DNA of 64,000 nt, taken from Stegostoma tigrinum (Eukaryota). Positions 1-13,143 of this stretch are shown piece by piece (positions within the stretch are counted from its first letter, which is position 1; the number at the start of each line of letters is the position of its first letter). Under the pieces are notes generated by a model that made no database searches, was not told the origin of the DNA, and saw nothing but the letters and a program-made list of their open reading frames with translations. A program made the translations under genes and the position numbers. The stretch covers positions 44,241,853 through 44,305,852 of the forward strand of contig NC_081367.1 of NCBI RefSeq assembly GCF_030684315.1. Direction: 5' to 3'.

Positions 1-572
1 AAGTGTGCGTGACTTCAAACAGGGTTCAGGAGATTAGGAGGAATGTGAGGACTTTTTACTTGAACATGCAGTATCTTACGTGGATTTCTTGTTTACCGAT
101 ATAAGATGCAACGTGTTACAGCTATTTGAAAATACAGCTGTTAATGGTAAATGATCGGAAGTATAAAAATGTTCCTTAATGCCGTTATATCTGCACTCTC
201 TCCATGCTCCATGATCGAATGGAGATGAGAAGTGAAGATTGAGCATCTCTGTCAGAGAAAGACAAGTCAGAAATGCCTGTGTTCAACCAAAATACTTATT
301 TAAACTAACATCAGGCTTTGTATTCTGTGGGAAACACCACGCTGAAAAGATTCTGTTTCAACAGTTCACAAAACTGTGTCCATGAGACTGAAGGTAGTAT
401 CATGCTTTTAGTTTGGTCAGATTATATGAATTTTAATTTTCGGAGAAATAACCTAACTTTTCCCATCAAGGAATATAATATCAAAATGTTGCTTGAAAGC
501 ATTGCAATGTACTTACAAGACAAGAATTGCTATTGTTTAAAAGCTTTCATTGAAAATGAGAGTCGGAGAAAA

Positions 573-725
573 GCAAATGATGCAGATGCTGGAAATATGA
601 CATAAATCCATTGTCAAAATCCTGTGCTGATAAAAGATCATTGACCTGAAACGTTAAACCAGTTTCTCTTTTCACAGATGTTGCATTGACTTGCTGAGCA
701 TTTCCAGCATACTTGTTTACTATCC
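573..725 (+). mobile_element. Old PLE 3'-repeat remnant (family-2-like)
   Basis: Decayed hammerhead-like ctgataaaagatcattgacctgaaacgttaa followed by acagatgttgc...tgctgagcatttccagca; a short inverted piece (gcagatgctggaaa) lies upstream. Confidence 0.55.
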
Positions 726-1397
726 TGAGTTTATCTGACCATGAATAGAAAGTTGTGATGGATGCAGATCTCCTACCTGAAAATATCCAAGTGGGCACCA
801 TAATGACATTTCAAACATTTTTGACCATTTTTTCTTCACAAGGAGTTAATCTTTTCAGCAATATGTGTACTCAAAGTTTTCATCCTGTGCATTTTTCTTT
901 AAAAGTGGTTAAAATTGTATTTTTGTATATTAATCTACATGGTCTTAATGGATCTTTAATCAATTAGAAAATGCTTACAAATGACCAATGTATTCAATCA
1001 TTGTATTCAAAGGTGGCTGTTGAGTAGGCTGACAGTACCTCTTACAAATGCTTTCCTGAGAAAAATATTAATATCATTTAACTAAACAAAGTTGAAGGAA
1101 TGGCAAAGGTTAATGAAGCAGAAAGAATGTCTAAATGTTGGATAGAAATGCTGTGTTTGTCTCAGTATCCTTCAATGTTTTAAAAGTCTGGGGCTGAAAA
1201 TAAGAAACTCACTCACTTAGATTTGAAACTATAATAATTAATGTTCCTTATCAAAAAACCTCCTTCCTAACTGAGAAATACAACTGGCTTATGTTAGTGT
1301 GTCATTATTGGTGAGGATGTGGGTGGCAAAGTGATGATTTCAGTTATTTCCCTTGTACTTGGCTCTATTAGAAGTAACTGTGTTTTCATCTGGGGAA

Positions 1398-1475
1398 AAT
1401 AAGGTGTAGAGTTGGATGAACACAGCAGGCCAAGCAGCAGGAAAGCTGCTGTTTCGGATCTGGACACTTCATCAA
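1398..1475 (-). mobile_element. Short tail-less PLE family-1 3'-repeat fragment
   Basis: aaggtgtagagttggatgaacacagcaggccaagcagc...tttcggatctggacacttcatca is the reverse complement of the repeat at the 3' end of the large PLEs. Confidence 0.75.
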
Positions 1476-2904
1476 AAAATGTTTTTTTTCTAGTCAACTC
1501 AAAACAAAGAAGGCACGGGAAAATTGACCAATGAGCAACACCTCTTGTAGAATAGCAAAGAAAAAAATCTGCCAGAACACAAATCATAATATTCAAAACC
1601 AAGTTAAGAAAAAAATCTGTCATTTCCTTGGCTTAGCAATGCTTTCTGACCCCATGCAGCCACAAAATGGTTTTTAAAAAAAGCAAAAATGGGAAATATT
1701 CTTTCCTTGTGATTATTGGTAAATTTCAGATGTAAATCTAAGATATCATCACTACCTCAAACCCTGGACAAGGCAATCCTGAATATGTAAATAAAAGCCG
1801 AAGTGCTTAACTAAACTTGCATTGATATCCGGAGACACTTACTTGAAAACAAATGTTTGACAATTCTGTTATATTGTGGCTGCCTTGTCCAAATATGTTA
1901 CTAGTGATTTATGATCTTTATCCTTGTTAGCTGTTGTAATGCAGAAAACCTGGAGTACAAAATGATTAACCGCTGGAAAATCTCAGCACACCCATCCAGT
2001 TCCCTGAAGCTGTTGTTTTTATGAAAATCATCAGAGCCCCTCGTGCTTATATGAATTCTAAGGCTGCCGGACAACATGCATTTCAATGCCTATCTGTGTG
2101 TCAAAACTGAGTCATTTCAGCACCACTATAAATCCTGTTTGGTTTAAGTTTGAAAGATTTGCTCAAATTAGGCTCAATTTTAGAATTCTTCAACCCAGGC
2201 AGAGCAGGTTGGAGATAAAAGCTTCACAAATATTGATACTTTTATTATTGAAAGCTGATGAATGGCTATTATAGAAATGCAGGTATCGAATTGCAACCAT
2301 TCAATCTGAAATAATTAGAAGTTTTAAAATTGCTAGGTAGACTTCTTTTGGGGAAAGAAAAGGACAAAGACTCCAAGTGATGTTGGTGAAAGACCACTTC
2401 ATATTTTCCTAGGATATTACTTGTCTTTTATTTCAGTTGAGGTGTCAATCCATTTATATGGCTTAATGACTGAATTAAATCGCTATTGTTGTAATTTTCA
2501 AAACACCCACTACCATTCAATCATCTTGTGACTGTTCTGAATCCTCTATTCCTGTAGGATGAGGAGAGAATGATTGATTCAAATATAGCCTGGCCTTCCT
2601 CTAATTACAGCAGGTCATAGACCTGAGTGATTGTATTCCTCAATGATGCAAATTTCTCAGTCACTCCCTATATATAAAAGTAGCTGAAATCTCAGGGATA
2701 GAACAGACCATTGGCTCTGCCAACTTCAGGGAGAATTTTGGGTGCTCCGCCACTGAGCTCCTATATTTTGAAAGGAACTTGAAATAAAAGGCTCTCCTCA
2801 TGTAAATGTTGGAGTGATCCTCACTCTCGTTGTTTGGCTTGGCCCGTAGTGATTTAACAACTATCAGGCTATTAGTTTTCTTGATTGCAAGATCCATCGT
2901 CACT

Positions 2905-4395
2905 TCCTGAAGTGGTCCCTAGCATTACAGATATCAGTATTTGTCCAATTCGATTCACTCCCATGATATCAAGAAATGGTTGGAGGTACTGGATACTGCA
3001 AAGGCTATGAGGCGTGACAACATTCTGGCAACAGTAGTGAAGACTTGTGCTCTAGAACTTGCTCATGTTCTATGCACACAAAGCAGAACAAATGCAAATC
3101 AGCCAATTACAGCCTTATTATTTCTACTGTTGATCATAAATTGATGGAAGGTGTCATCAACAGTCCAATCAGACAGTACCTGCTCAGCAGTAACTTGTTC
3201 CGTGACACCCATTGGGATCACTCAGCTCCTGACCTAATGACAGCTTTGGTTCAAACATGGACGAAAGAGCAGGATGCCAGAGGTGAGAGTGAGAAAGCCA
3301 CATTTGACCAATGTAGTATCAAGGAGCCCTAACAAAACTGGAATCAATGGGTATTGTAGATAAACTGTCCACGGGCTGCAGTCCTCCCTAGCACATAAGA
3401 AGATGGTTGAGTTGTTGGAGGTCTGTCTTCTCAGCTCAAGGATCTCCCTGCAGGAATTCCTCAGGGTAGTGCCCTAGGCCCAACCATCGTCAGCTGCTTC
3501 ATCTACCCATCATAAGGTCAGAAGTGGGGATGTTCGTCGATGATTTCCACGACCTTCAGCACCGTTCACAAGAGATAGAGGTTCAAATGCAACAAGATCT
3601 GGACAATACCCAGGCTTGGCCTGACGAATGGCAAGTAACATTCATGCCACAGAAAGGTCAGGTTATAAACATCTCCAATGAGAGACCATCCCTTGATATT
3701 CAATGGCGTTACCAATACCAAATTTCCCCACTATCAACATCCTGGGGGCTACCATTGACCAGAAACTCGGCTGGACTTGTCATATAAACAAGTGACAGAG
3801 TAGATCGAAGGCAAGGAATAATGCGGCGAGTGACGCACTTCCTGACTCCCCACAGCCTGTCCACCATCTACAAGGCACAAGTCAGGGGTGTGGTGGAATA
3901 CTCTCCACTTGCCTGGATGAGTGCAGCCCTAACAACTCTCAAGAAACTTGACACCATCCAGACAAAGCCGCTCACTTGGTTGGCACCAATTCACGAGCAT
4001 TTACTCCCTCCACCACCAACATTCAGTAGCAGCAGTGTGTACTGTCTACAAGATGCACTGCCGAAATTGACCAAAGGTCTTTAGACAGAACCTTCTCAAC
4101 CTACAACCACTTCCACCTGGAAGGACAAGGGCAGCAGATATGTGGGAACATTACCACCTACAGGTTCCCCTTGAAGTCACTCACTATCCTGACTTGGAAA
4201 TATATCACCTTTCCTTCTCTGTCATTGGGTCAAAATCCTGGAATTCCCTCCCTAAGGGAATTATGGGCATACCTACAGCACATGGACTGCAGCGGTTCTA
4301 GGTGGCAGCTCACCATCAGTTTCTCAAGGGCAAATAGTGACCGGCAATGAGTGCTGGCCTAGCCAGCAACAGCCACATCCCATGTGAATAGAAAA
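2905..4395 (+). mobile_element. Degenerate 5'-truncated CR1/L2-group LINE (RT region and 3' UTR)
   Basis: Broken RT motifs KATFD, AGIPQGSALGP, MFVDD, MQQDLDNTQAWPDEWQVTF and LSTIYKAQVRGVVEY; ends in ggcctagccagcaacagccacatcccatgtgaatagaaa. Confidence 0.85.
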
Positions 4396-5580
4396 GTTGA
4401 GCCTTTCACTCCAACTGGGGAGGAAGTCCCATCTTTGTGCACCACCGTCCAATCAAGCCAGTATGCTGGTCCCCGCAGTGCCACAGGGAGCAGTGGCCTC
4501 TGCAGAGTCTCCTGAAGAGGAGTGTGTGAAACCCAAACTTCAGGGTACATCATTGTTCTTCCTGGGGTCAGGCTGGCAGGCCCTGGTGAGAGGGGAGAGA
4601 TCTGGCATTGTCTAGGCAAAGAGGGAAAAGTGCCCACTGTCCTACTTAAAGAGGTCATTGAATTCAAGCCAGCTTTCAGCTAATGGGAGTTGTGTCTACC
4701 TGTGGAAATAGACATTATGCAATGAATCTAAAACAAAGAAACAAACAAAATTGAAATAGTGGGATCATTGTACTATTTCTGCCTCTTTGTCAGTTTATGC
4801 TGAAACTTCAATAAAATTAAATTCCACTCACATCAAACTGATTCCAATGGGATATCACCTCTTGGGATTGACACTAAGATGGCACATAAGAGTGCACACT
4901 GTGCATTGCGTTCTGCTGTTGGCCTGACTCAGCAATTTATATTTGCTATGCCTACAGAAAAAAGGCTGAAAATTCACATCAGCCGATCTGTTTGATGTGA
5001 ATTCCCCAGTTCGCTCTGTTGCTCAGCTATGACTTCAGCTAGCAGGAGATTTTGTTTTGTCAGAATAAGATGAAGCTGAATATTTACACCACAACACACA
5101 AGTATAATGTCATCGTAGATTCAATATACTGAAGGTATAAATTGAACGTAAACTTGGCTGAGACGAAGAACAGTTATACAAGTGACAAATGCAAATATGC
5201 TTGTAGATGTGGGTCAGCCACCAAATGGAACTGGTCCAGGATTTAGGAGGTAACTAACTCCTAATTTAGCATCTACATGGATCAGTAATTACAACAACAA
5301 CTTAGTGTATTTAATTAGCACCTTTTAACTCTGGACAATGTCCTGAGGAATTCATGAGGCAGAAGCTGCCTTACTAAGATGAAGAAGGGACCATTCAGAT
5401 AGGCAAGAGAAGATTTTAAAGAAACCTAGATGGCGAATAGGCAATGAGGTTTAGGGAGGAAATAGAATTTTAAAAAATGCATTTCAGCTATTTTGGATTT
5501 AATTAGTAGGATGTAGATATCACTGGCTGGTATGAGTGGCTTGGATGGAATTTCCAGGTAGTGGTGTTCCCTTGTAAGTA

Positions 5581-5905
5581 AAATCATAAAATCCCTACAG
5601 TGCAGCAGGTGGCCATTCAGCCCATAGGGTATTCTCTGACCCTCCCAAAGACCATGCTACCCCACTGTGGAATCAAACCCAGGTCCCTGGCGCTGTGAGG
5701 CAGCAGTGCTAACCACAGTGCCACCAAGTTGCCAACTGTTTACCTTTGATTAATTATTAAAATCATAGAATCCATACAGTGTAGGAAGAGGCCGTTTGGC
5801 CCATTGAGTCTACACTGATTCTGCGAAGAGCACCCCATTCTATCTCTGTTACCTTGTGTTTGCTATGGCTAGCCCACCTAACTGGCACATCCCTGGACAC
5901 ACTGC
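5581..5905 (-). mobile_element. Two partial tRNA-derived V-SINE/HE1-like copies
   Basis: Reverse-complement tRNA-like head (gaatcaaacccaggtccctggcgctgtgaggcagcagtgctaaccacagtgccacc) and CR1-type tails (aatcatagaatcc...tacagtg). Confidence 0.7.
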
Positions 5906-6608
5906 GGCACTTTTGTCCTGGCTAACCTGCTGTTCCTGTGCTTCCATGTGGTGGCGGTGGTTGTGGGTCTGGAAGTCATTAGTTGTGTTAGAAATTAGTT
6001 CAGTTCTCACCTTGTTGGCCACCTGCCCATTCAGATCTCAGTCCTGCTCCAGCAGACTACACATTTCTGTAATGGTTTCCGAAGATATTCTCAGTCTGCA
6101 GTGGCAATATGCCATGCTCCTGTGGAGGAAGCAGCATTGAGGAAAATAGATTCTTGGCCCGTCGTATCACATCCACGTTGCGATGGGACTTTCAGCTGTG
6201 ACCTTTTCCATGTGGAGGCCCCTGAGGCTACTGCTGTTCCTGGGCCTTCTGAAGCATCTGTTCCTCCTCTATTTCTCTGCCACCACAGTGATGATAACCC
6301 TTGCTGTGGCTGGATTCATCATTCACCGTTCTAATGAAACTGCACGGGGAATACCATTAACAGAATGGCTCCATAGTAATGTGAAGTCAGTGTTCACATT
6401 CAGCATGTTCCCACTTAACTCCTACTTCATCATTTAGACCATGTCTTTGTCTCCTAACATTACCCACAAGCCCTCAGGCTGCAGTTTACTGATGCCGGCC
6501 ATTATTATTCATTTTACATCCCCAAGGGTTGGAGGTGAGTTGGGGCGGGGTTTAGGGGGTGTCCATCAGTTCCCCTGTCTCGCCTGCAATAATCATGTCC
6601 CCCAGTGC

Positions 6609-6801
6609 TAATGGGAACTGCAGATGCTGGAGAATCCAAGATAATAGAATGTTAGGCTGGATGAACACAGCAGGCCCAGCAGCATCTCAGGAGCACAAAA
6701 GCTGACGTTTGAAGGACCTAGGCCCAAAACGTCAGCTTTTGTGCTCCTGAGATGCTGCTGGGCCTGCTGTGTTCATCCAGCCTCACATTTTATTATCTTG
6801 G
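6609..6801 (-). mobile_element. Two-armed inverted PLE family-1 mini-insertion, tail on the left
   Basis: Arms are reverse complements; 14-bp TSD atgtcccccagtgc at 6595-6608 and 6802-6815. Confidence 0.9.
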
Positions 6802-7367
6802 ATGTCCCCCAGTGCACTAGCTTTTCTCACACTTACCCTGATTTACATTCTGTTACTCAGGCATTGGACATGAGCGGACTGACTATGACCCATTCTCCGG
6901 CCTGTAATGAAGCAGAACTCCTGAGCTTGGACATCCCAAGTGGCTGACCACCAGTGTCCGAGCCCCTGGTTTGTGACCAGGCTATGGTCTTGACTGACTC
7001 TGTCAGTGCTCCCTGACTAACAATAATTCCCCTGATGCTTTGTAAAACTTTTTAGACTTGCCCATTTGGTTGAAGCACATTCATTGTGTTTGCTGATGTG
7101 CTGGTACAGACTTTGGGTGTGACAGTAGGGCCTGTTTCCATGCTGTGTGACTCTTATTGGCTGTAAATGATTTGATCTCTTTCTCAGATGCCATGGTACT
7201 GTAAATTGCAATAACAAACAATTATGTGATTCTTTAATGTGTCAATCTTTATTGTCAAAAGAAATTCTTAAGAGTGTAAATACCTAAAACTGCATCCTTT
7301 GACTTAGCCCCTACAGTTAACCAGCTGGAAAAGTTGACAAGCGAATAAACAAACTCATTTAGAAAGG

Positions 7368-7450
7368 GATAACAAGGTGTAGAGCTGGGTGAACACAGCA
7401 GGCCGAGCAGCAGGAAAGCTGATATTTCAGGCCTAGACCCTCCTTCAGAT
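7368..7450 (-). mobile_element. Short tail-less PLE family-1 fragment
   Basis: gataacaaggtgtagagctgggtgaacacagcaggcc...tttcaggcctagaccctccttcag. Confidence 0.75.
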
Positions 7451-7592
7451 TTTTTTGAGATTTATTGCTCGAATTGTAGATCAGGCAATTGAACAAAATT
7501 GACTCGGGGTTTTTCATTTGCAAAATGCTGAAAGACCAATTAGAACACCAATGATCAATTGCTAACCCTCTGAATGAACATACAAAATTAAG

Positions 7593-7760
7593 GATTAGAT
7601 TAGATTAGATTCCCCACAGTGTGGAAACAGGCCCTTTGGCCCAACAAGTTCACACCGCCCCTTGAAGCATCCCACCCAGATCCATCCCCCTATAACCTAC
7701 ACAGCCCTGAACTCTGTGGACAATTTAGCACGGCCAATCCACCTAGCCTGCACATCCCAT
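7593..7760 (-). mobile_element. V-SINE/HE1-like SINE 3' fragment
   Basis: (attag)n tail, cagtgtggaaacaggccctttggccc, and caatttagcacggccaatccacctagcctgcacatc. Confidence 0.7.
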
Positions 7761-7764
7761 GTCC

Positions 7765-8035
7765 AACCCTCCCTCCCATCCCAGCTCCTTGACCTAATAC
7801 CTGTCCATTTTCTCTCAGACCCCTCCCAGTGATCTATCCCCACTACCCCCTACCTGCATTCACCTATCAACATCCCGCCTATCTTCCCCAGCCCCACCTC
7901 CCCTCTCTCTATTTATTTCAGAGTTCCCTACCCTCTCCCCATTTCTGAAGAAGGGTCCCAACCCAAAATGTCAACTTTCATGCTCCTGTGATGCTGTGTG
8001 GCATGCTGTGCACCTCCAGCAAAACACTGTTGTGT
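7765..8035 (+). mobile_element. Degenerate PLE family-1 3' region
   Basis: Pyrimidine-rich 3' UTR, then ttctgaagaagggtcccaacccaaaatgtc and a decayed downstream module. Confidence 0.7.
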
Positions 8036-11000
8036 GTCATTTTCATGCAAGTTTTAGTGGCGAGGTGTGAATCTCGCTAGTGGGCAGTGAGACACTTATT
8101 TGCATACATGAACATCTACCTATTCTCACCTCCTTTACATGTTGTTTGCTGTTGTCCCATGTAGTGGAAAACGGCTAAACAGCAATGATTCCCAACATGA
8201 AACTCAGAATGGGGCCTAGGTGCTCCAGCTCATTGCTAGCTCCCCTCTTGCTCCCATCTTCAAGAGCAATCCCCAACATCACCACATACACTTTTTTATG
8301 GATGGTGACCAGCTGCATCTTCCCCCATCTCCCAATGCACCCAAGTTGGCATGGGACACATACCACCTGCAACATATTATCATGGCATATCTCTGGCTGT
8401 TACAGGATACAGGTCTTCGCCTCAAAGCTGCACTTTGGAGTGTACCAACAGTTTTCATTGTAATGCTGCATCTAGGCTACTTTGTGTGGAGGAACAGGTA
8501 CTCATTTCCTGGCTCTTCGCTTGCTGTCTTAACATTTGTACACTTGGTGTTTACTTGGATATTGTTTGCCTCTCTACCTTGCCCTTTTGTGCTTTGATGC
8601 CTCACTCCAAACTTACTAGCGCACAGTAGTTCTGTGTTAGTTTGCCTTGATCACATGCAAAACCAGGCAGCTTCTCATGTTGACCAGCTGGGATCACACA
8701 GGAGGTTAACATTGGGCTGTATTGCCCAATGTTAGGCTTTAACATGGCACCAGTGGCACAACCCACAAAGTGCCACAGTGGTGAGCACTTCCATTGCTCG
8801 TGAGCTCATGGTAGTGAGAGTACAGTGGTATAGAAGCCTGGTGTGGACCTAATGAGATGAACAATGGAGAATTGCCTGAGAGAATTCACCAGAGCCCATC
8901 CAAAATCCACATTGAAAGTGGCCAATTTTTTTCAAAATTTCCCATGTGATATTCCACAATAATCTTAGAGTTGAACCGCACGTGGACCAATCTGAGTGAG
9001 GAGAAGAGGGTGATGGTGGTGGTGCAAGTGGGGTTGAAGGAAGGACATGGGTTTTAAGGGTGGGTTGACTTGTATCTCCTTGGTATACTGACAGCTTTGT
9101 GGCAACCAAAGCACAAAAGTGCATGTTTTGAAAAGTGTAAACATGTCTTCTTGCAGTTGAGGGGCCATAGTCATTTTCAGACAAAACCTTGCTTTGTGGT
9201 GAGGCAAAGAAACTTTTCAGATTGTTTTCTATTTTGCTGTTTGTCTAAGTTTGGATGTTTCAGTAGATTTGGTTATCTGAATGATCTGATTCAATGCTGC
9301 CCACTCAACACGAAACCCGACATCTAACGCTCTGGAGCTGATCCAACATTTCTTTCTTGCTCAGTAGTGGGGAGAAGTAGAGCAACAACTTTTCTTTTAA
9401 TTTGTTTTACACTAGCATGAGGTGGAACTCAACACCACCAAATGATTAATTAAGTTTTATTAAAGTTACACTTCTGTTCCATTTTAGTGATTTTCTTGCT
9501 GCTCTAAAGTGCTGATAAGAAATGGGAATGCTAATTAACTAGGATTCTTTTTGTAGAAGAGCGAGATCCATTTATAGAAGGACTCAGCATGGATTATTTT
9601 TGCATTTCCACCCAATCCTGAAGTTATTTCAATTCATGGATCTGTTACAATTGAGTGTCATCATTGTGCTATCCTTGGAGTGAGGTTTTGAGTGTTGATA
9701 GTGAAAGCCAGTTCTGCAGATGCTGATGTCACAGTCGCTCTTAAACTGGATTCATGAACACTTAGAAGAGATCTGTAAAATAATGATGGCTGCAATTAAA
9801 GCTTCCAAGCGTGCAGTACAAATTGAACTTGGTGCCTCGACTGAAGGGAATGTGCACATGGAGCTTAAAAACAATATCCTTCAAGCGCTACATGTGAAAT
9901 CCAGAACTCTTTACTTGTAACACTACAAATGTAATGTGCAAGTATAATTCAGATGGAGAATCCATACTTACTAATCCATTTGAAAAGGGTCCTTCAATCA
10001 AAACATTTGAGAAACACTGCTGTTAAATTGAAAAGGACCTGTCCCTGCTCCCTAGGGATGATGTGCCATGTTAACTCACAGATTGTGATTAGATTTCTGT
10101 GTACAATCTCAGACTGAACCAGGTGGAGGCAATTTATGCCATCTGCAGTTCTATAGCTGACTCACCCTACCCCTTTAATAGAGGCTCAGTGTGAAATTCC
10201 TGTGTTGTTGCCAATGAGGGAAGCAGAAGGATGAAATAAATTGCTTTTTGCATGTTGCTAAACAACATTAGCAACAGATAGTTTTGTTTTAATGTATTTC
10301 AGATGGCATAACAGCAGGGTGCATACGGAAGTAACTGTAACCAGGACAGATGTCTGATACATTTGACCCTCTTGGTCACTGAGACTGAAGAGACATTTAG
10401 AGGAATTGTGCAGGGAGGTGTAACTGGCAAGCCTCTTTCCTCATACCCTTGTTCATGATGATGAGGTTGATTCCAGTATTTTAATTTCTGCAACAAACAT
10501 CACAGCTGCAGGAGCCTGAAATTTTAATGCTTCTGTTCTTTTTGCAATGATTTAAAAATCTTGAAGTATAACTTTAGTCAAACTGTTTTGCTCTTGGCAG
10601 AAAATTTGGATGTTTTTTGTCATTGTAGAGAATTAATCATCTACATCTCAATCTTATGGCACTGTAATGGGTAGATAGTGGCATATTATGACTGCACACA
10701 CCAGGTGCATGAAAAAGTTTGATTTTGGTTTGTATTGAATGTAGGAGAAAACAACCTATTAAACAGTGTTCCAATATTAGTCACTGGCCAGAAGTATAGT
10801 TCTGTACAGTCCTGACATTTATGATGCTGACCAGCAATGTAACTCATTTAAAGGATTCTTACTAACATTTTATCGGTTCCAGTTTCCTTTTGCAAAGGAG
10901 CTGAATGTTTATAATTTGGGAAGAAAAAAGTGCAGCTTTGGAGAACAGAGGCTGGCACTTTCTATCATCAATGGCTGTAATCACATTTGTATACATTATG

Positions 11001-11182
11001 TAATTGTATTGGATGTGACGAACATCTTAACCTGATATAAATGAAGCAATGCTTTCATGGAAGGCTTTCATTGGACTTTTGAATGTAATATTCACAATAA
11101 TGTATTTTCCCTGATTGTTCCTACCTTGTAGCATTTACAATCTCTACCAGTGTGTGATACTGAGCAAGGTTTGTTTCAATTA

Positions 11183-11357
11183 ACAAAGTGTGGAGCTGGA
11201 TGAACACAGCAGGCCAAGCAGCATCTCGGGAGCACAAAAGCTGATGTTTCGGGCCTAGACCCTTCATCAGAGAGGCTGATGCTGCTTGGCCTGCTGTGTT
11301 CATCCAGCTACACACTTTGTTATCTTGGATTCTCCAGCATCTGCAGTTCCCATTGTC
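11183..11357 (+). mobile_element. Two-armed inverted PLE family-1 mini-insertion, tail on the right
   Basis: 13-bp TSD tttgtttcaatta at 11170-11182 and 11358-11370; arms join at tcatcagagagg|ctgatgctgc. Confidence 0.9.
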
Positions 11358-11769
11358 TTTGTTTCAATTAGTTCACTGCTGCTAATTCTCCATTGCCTTG
11401 TCCTGTCTTGGGCCCATCCAGTGATTAATGGTAGAAGATACCCCACCATTGACTATATCAGCAGAAGAAGCAGTGTTCTTGATCACAGAACTGTTTATTA
11501 CAGTAACAATAAGTATGATTACATTTGATCAGTCATTATTATTAGGACATTCGGGAGCTGGTACAGATTTATCTGTTCCTTCTGAAAACTTTAAAAAAAA
11601 GCTTAGAAATAATTAAACCAAGTGTGAGGTTACACTGAAGTGTTGCTCAGAAGTGTTTTCTTTTACCTTCAATTAGGTCACTAAACCACGTGAGACTTTC
11701 CTTCCACGTACATAGTATATTCCGATTGACATGCACACTTATTATGATTGAATTTATTGATTAGCTTAA

Positions 11770-11907
11770 TAAAAACCGAAAGAACTGCGGATTCAGTAAA
11801 TCAGGAACAAAAACAAAGTTGGTAGAAAAGCTCAGCAGGTCTGGCAGCACCTGTGAAGAACAAAACAGAGTTAATGTTTTGGGTCTGGTGACCCTTCCTC
11901 AGAACTC
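11770..11907 (-). mobile_element. PLE family-2 short 3' element with tail
   Basis: Reverse complement starts gagttctgaggaagggtcaccagacccaaaacattaactc, followed by the stem module and tail. Confidence 0.8.
11868..11907 (-). ncRNA. Minimal hammerhead-like motif, family 2 (core GAAA decayed to AAAA)
   Basis: GAGUU-CUGAGGA-A-GGGUC(ACCA)GACCC-AAAA-CAUU-AACUC: 5-bp stem I and 5-bp stem II. Confidence 0.65.
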
Positions 11908-12460
11908 AGTGTTACTGAGCAGCTTGCCTGGAGACCTATATGTTCTGTTCCAAAGAAAGGCTTTTTCCTGGGCCCCCCATTTTGAGTCAGACTTGTCATA
12001 TCCTGTTAGAGAGGTAGGATATTCTGAAATGTTTGCAGCCATATTTCCAAATGCAGTGAGACCACTTTTACTAATCACAATGCCTCCCCCTTTAAACTAC
12101 TATAATAAAATTTGAATTACTGCTTACCAATGGGCATTGTTCGCATTGAGAGTTTGCCTTTATTATGTGAACAATGGTGACTTCAGAATCTGAATGGGTG
12201 GAGCAGATTCTCAATTCAAACCATTCTGATTCTGGTTTGGCTCAGCCCAAATTTGTGTAAGAACAAAAGTAGATCTGAAAGCAATGACTCAAGATCTAGA
12301 TGATTTTTCATTTGAATTTTGCACCTGTAATCTTCCACCATGTTTAAACTTTGTGTATGTTAATAGCATATGATTAACTTTAGAAAGCTGAGGATTCTTT
12401 TGCCACGGACAGTTATGATGTCCACAACCATTCTACTCTGACCATACTGATCTCGGAAAT

Positions 12461-12968
12461 TAAACAAAAATCGATAGAACTGCGGATGCTGTAAATTAGG
12501 AACGAAAATAGAAGTTGCTGGAAAAGCACAGCAGGTCTGGCAGTATCTATGAAGAAGAAAATCAGAGTTAATATTTTGGGTTAAAACTGACTCAGAGATA
12601 GTAGGAGCTGCTGATGCTGGAGAATCTGAGATAGCAAGGTGTAGAGCTGGAGGAACACGGCAGGCCAAGCAGCATCAGAGGAGCAGGAAAGCTGACATTT
12701 TGAGTTAGATCCTTCATCAGAAAATCAGCTTGACTGAAAATACTTATTGGACAGCAATAATTAGCATAAAATGATGAGCCATTTTGACTCATTTTCTGAA
12801 GAGTCCAGACCTGAAACATCAGCTTTCCTGCTCCTCTGATGCTGCTTGGCCTGCTGCGTTCATCCAGCTCTACACCTTGTTATCGCTTAACATTTTGGGT
12901 CCAGTGTTCTGAAGAAGGGTCACTGAACCCGAAATGTTAACTGATTTTTTTTTCTTCATGGATATTGT
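12461..12968 (-). mobile_element. Two-armed family-2 PLE mini-element interrupted by a family-1 insertion
   Basis: Left arm 12461-12581 resumes at 12887-12905; right arm from ~12906 reads gttctgaagaagggtcactgaacccgaaatgttaac. Confidence 0.75.
12582..12886 (-). mobile_element. Two-armed family-1 PLE mini-insertion with a captured 64-bp centre
   Basis: 14-bp TSD ttaatattttgggt/ttaacattttgggt at 12568-12581 and 12887-12900; arms at ~12592-12725 and 12794-12884. Confidence 0.85.
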
Positions 12969-13042
12969 TGGAAATTAAAGTGACTTTTTAGGCCTGATTA
13001 GTACTTGGATGGTCGTCCACCTGTGAATACCGTGTGCAGGTT

Positions 13043-13143
13043 GTACGGTGCAATGGTAGTGTCCCCATTTCTGGCCCAGAAGATCTGGGTTCCTTTCCAA
13101 ACTGGGGCTTGAGATGTGTCACAAAGGGTTGATTGAAAATACT
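13043..13143 (+). mobile_element. Short tRNA-derived SINE
   Basis: A-box-like ggtgcaatggtagtgtcccc, then ctgggttc, ending gttgattgaaaatac; related copies at 24712-24820 (-) and 57687-57804 (+). Confidence 0.6.

Noticed and set aside
5665-5726. tRNA gene on the minus strand
   Set aside because: It is a SINE head attached to a SINE tail; no complete cloverleaf.
6609-6801. Mini-palindromes interpreted as MITEs of a DNA transposon
   Set aside because: Arms are PLE 3' ends, centres and lengths differ in every copy, ends are asymmetric, and TSD lengths vary from 12 to 15 bp.
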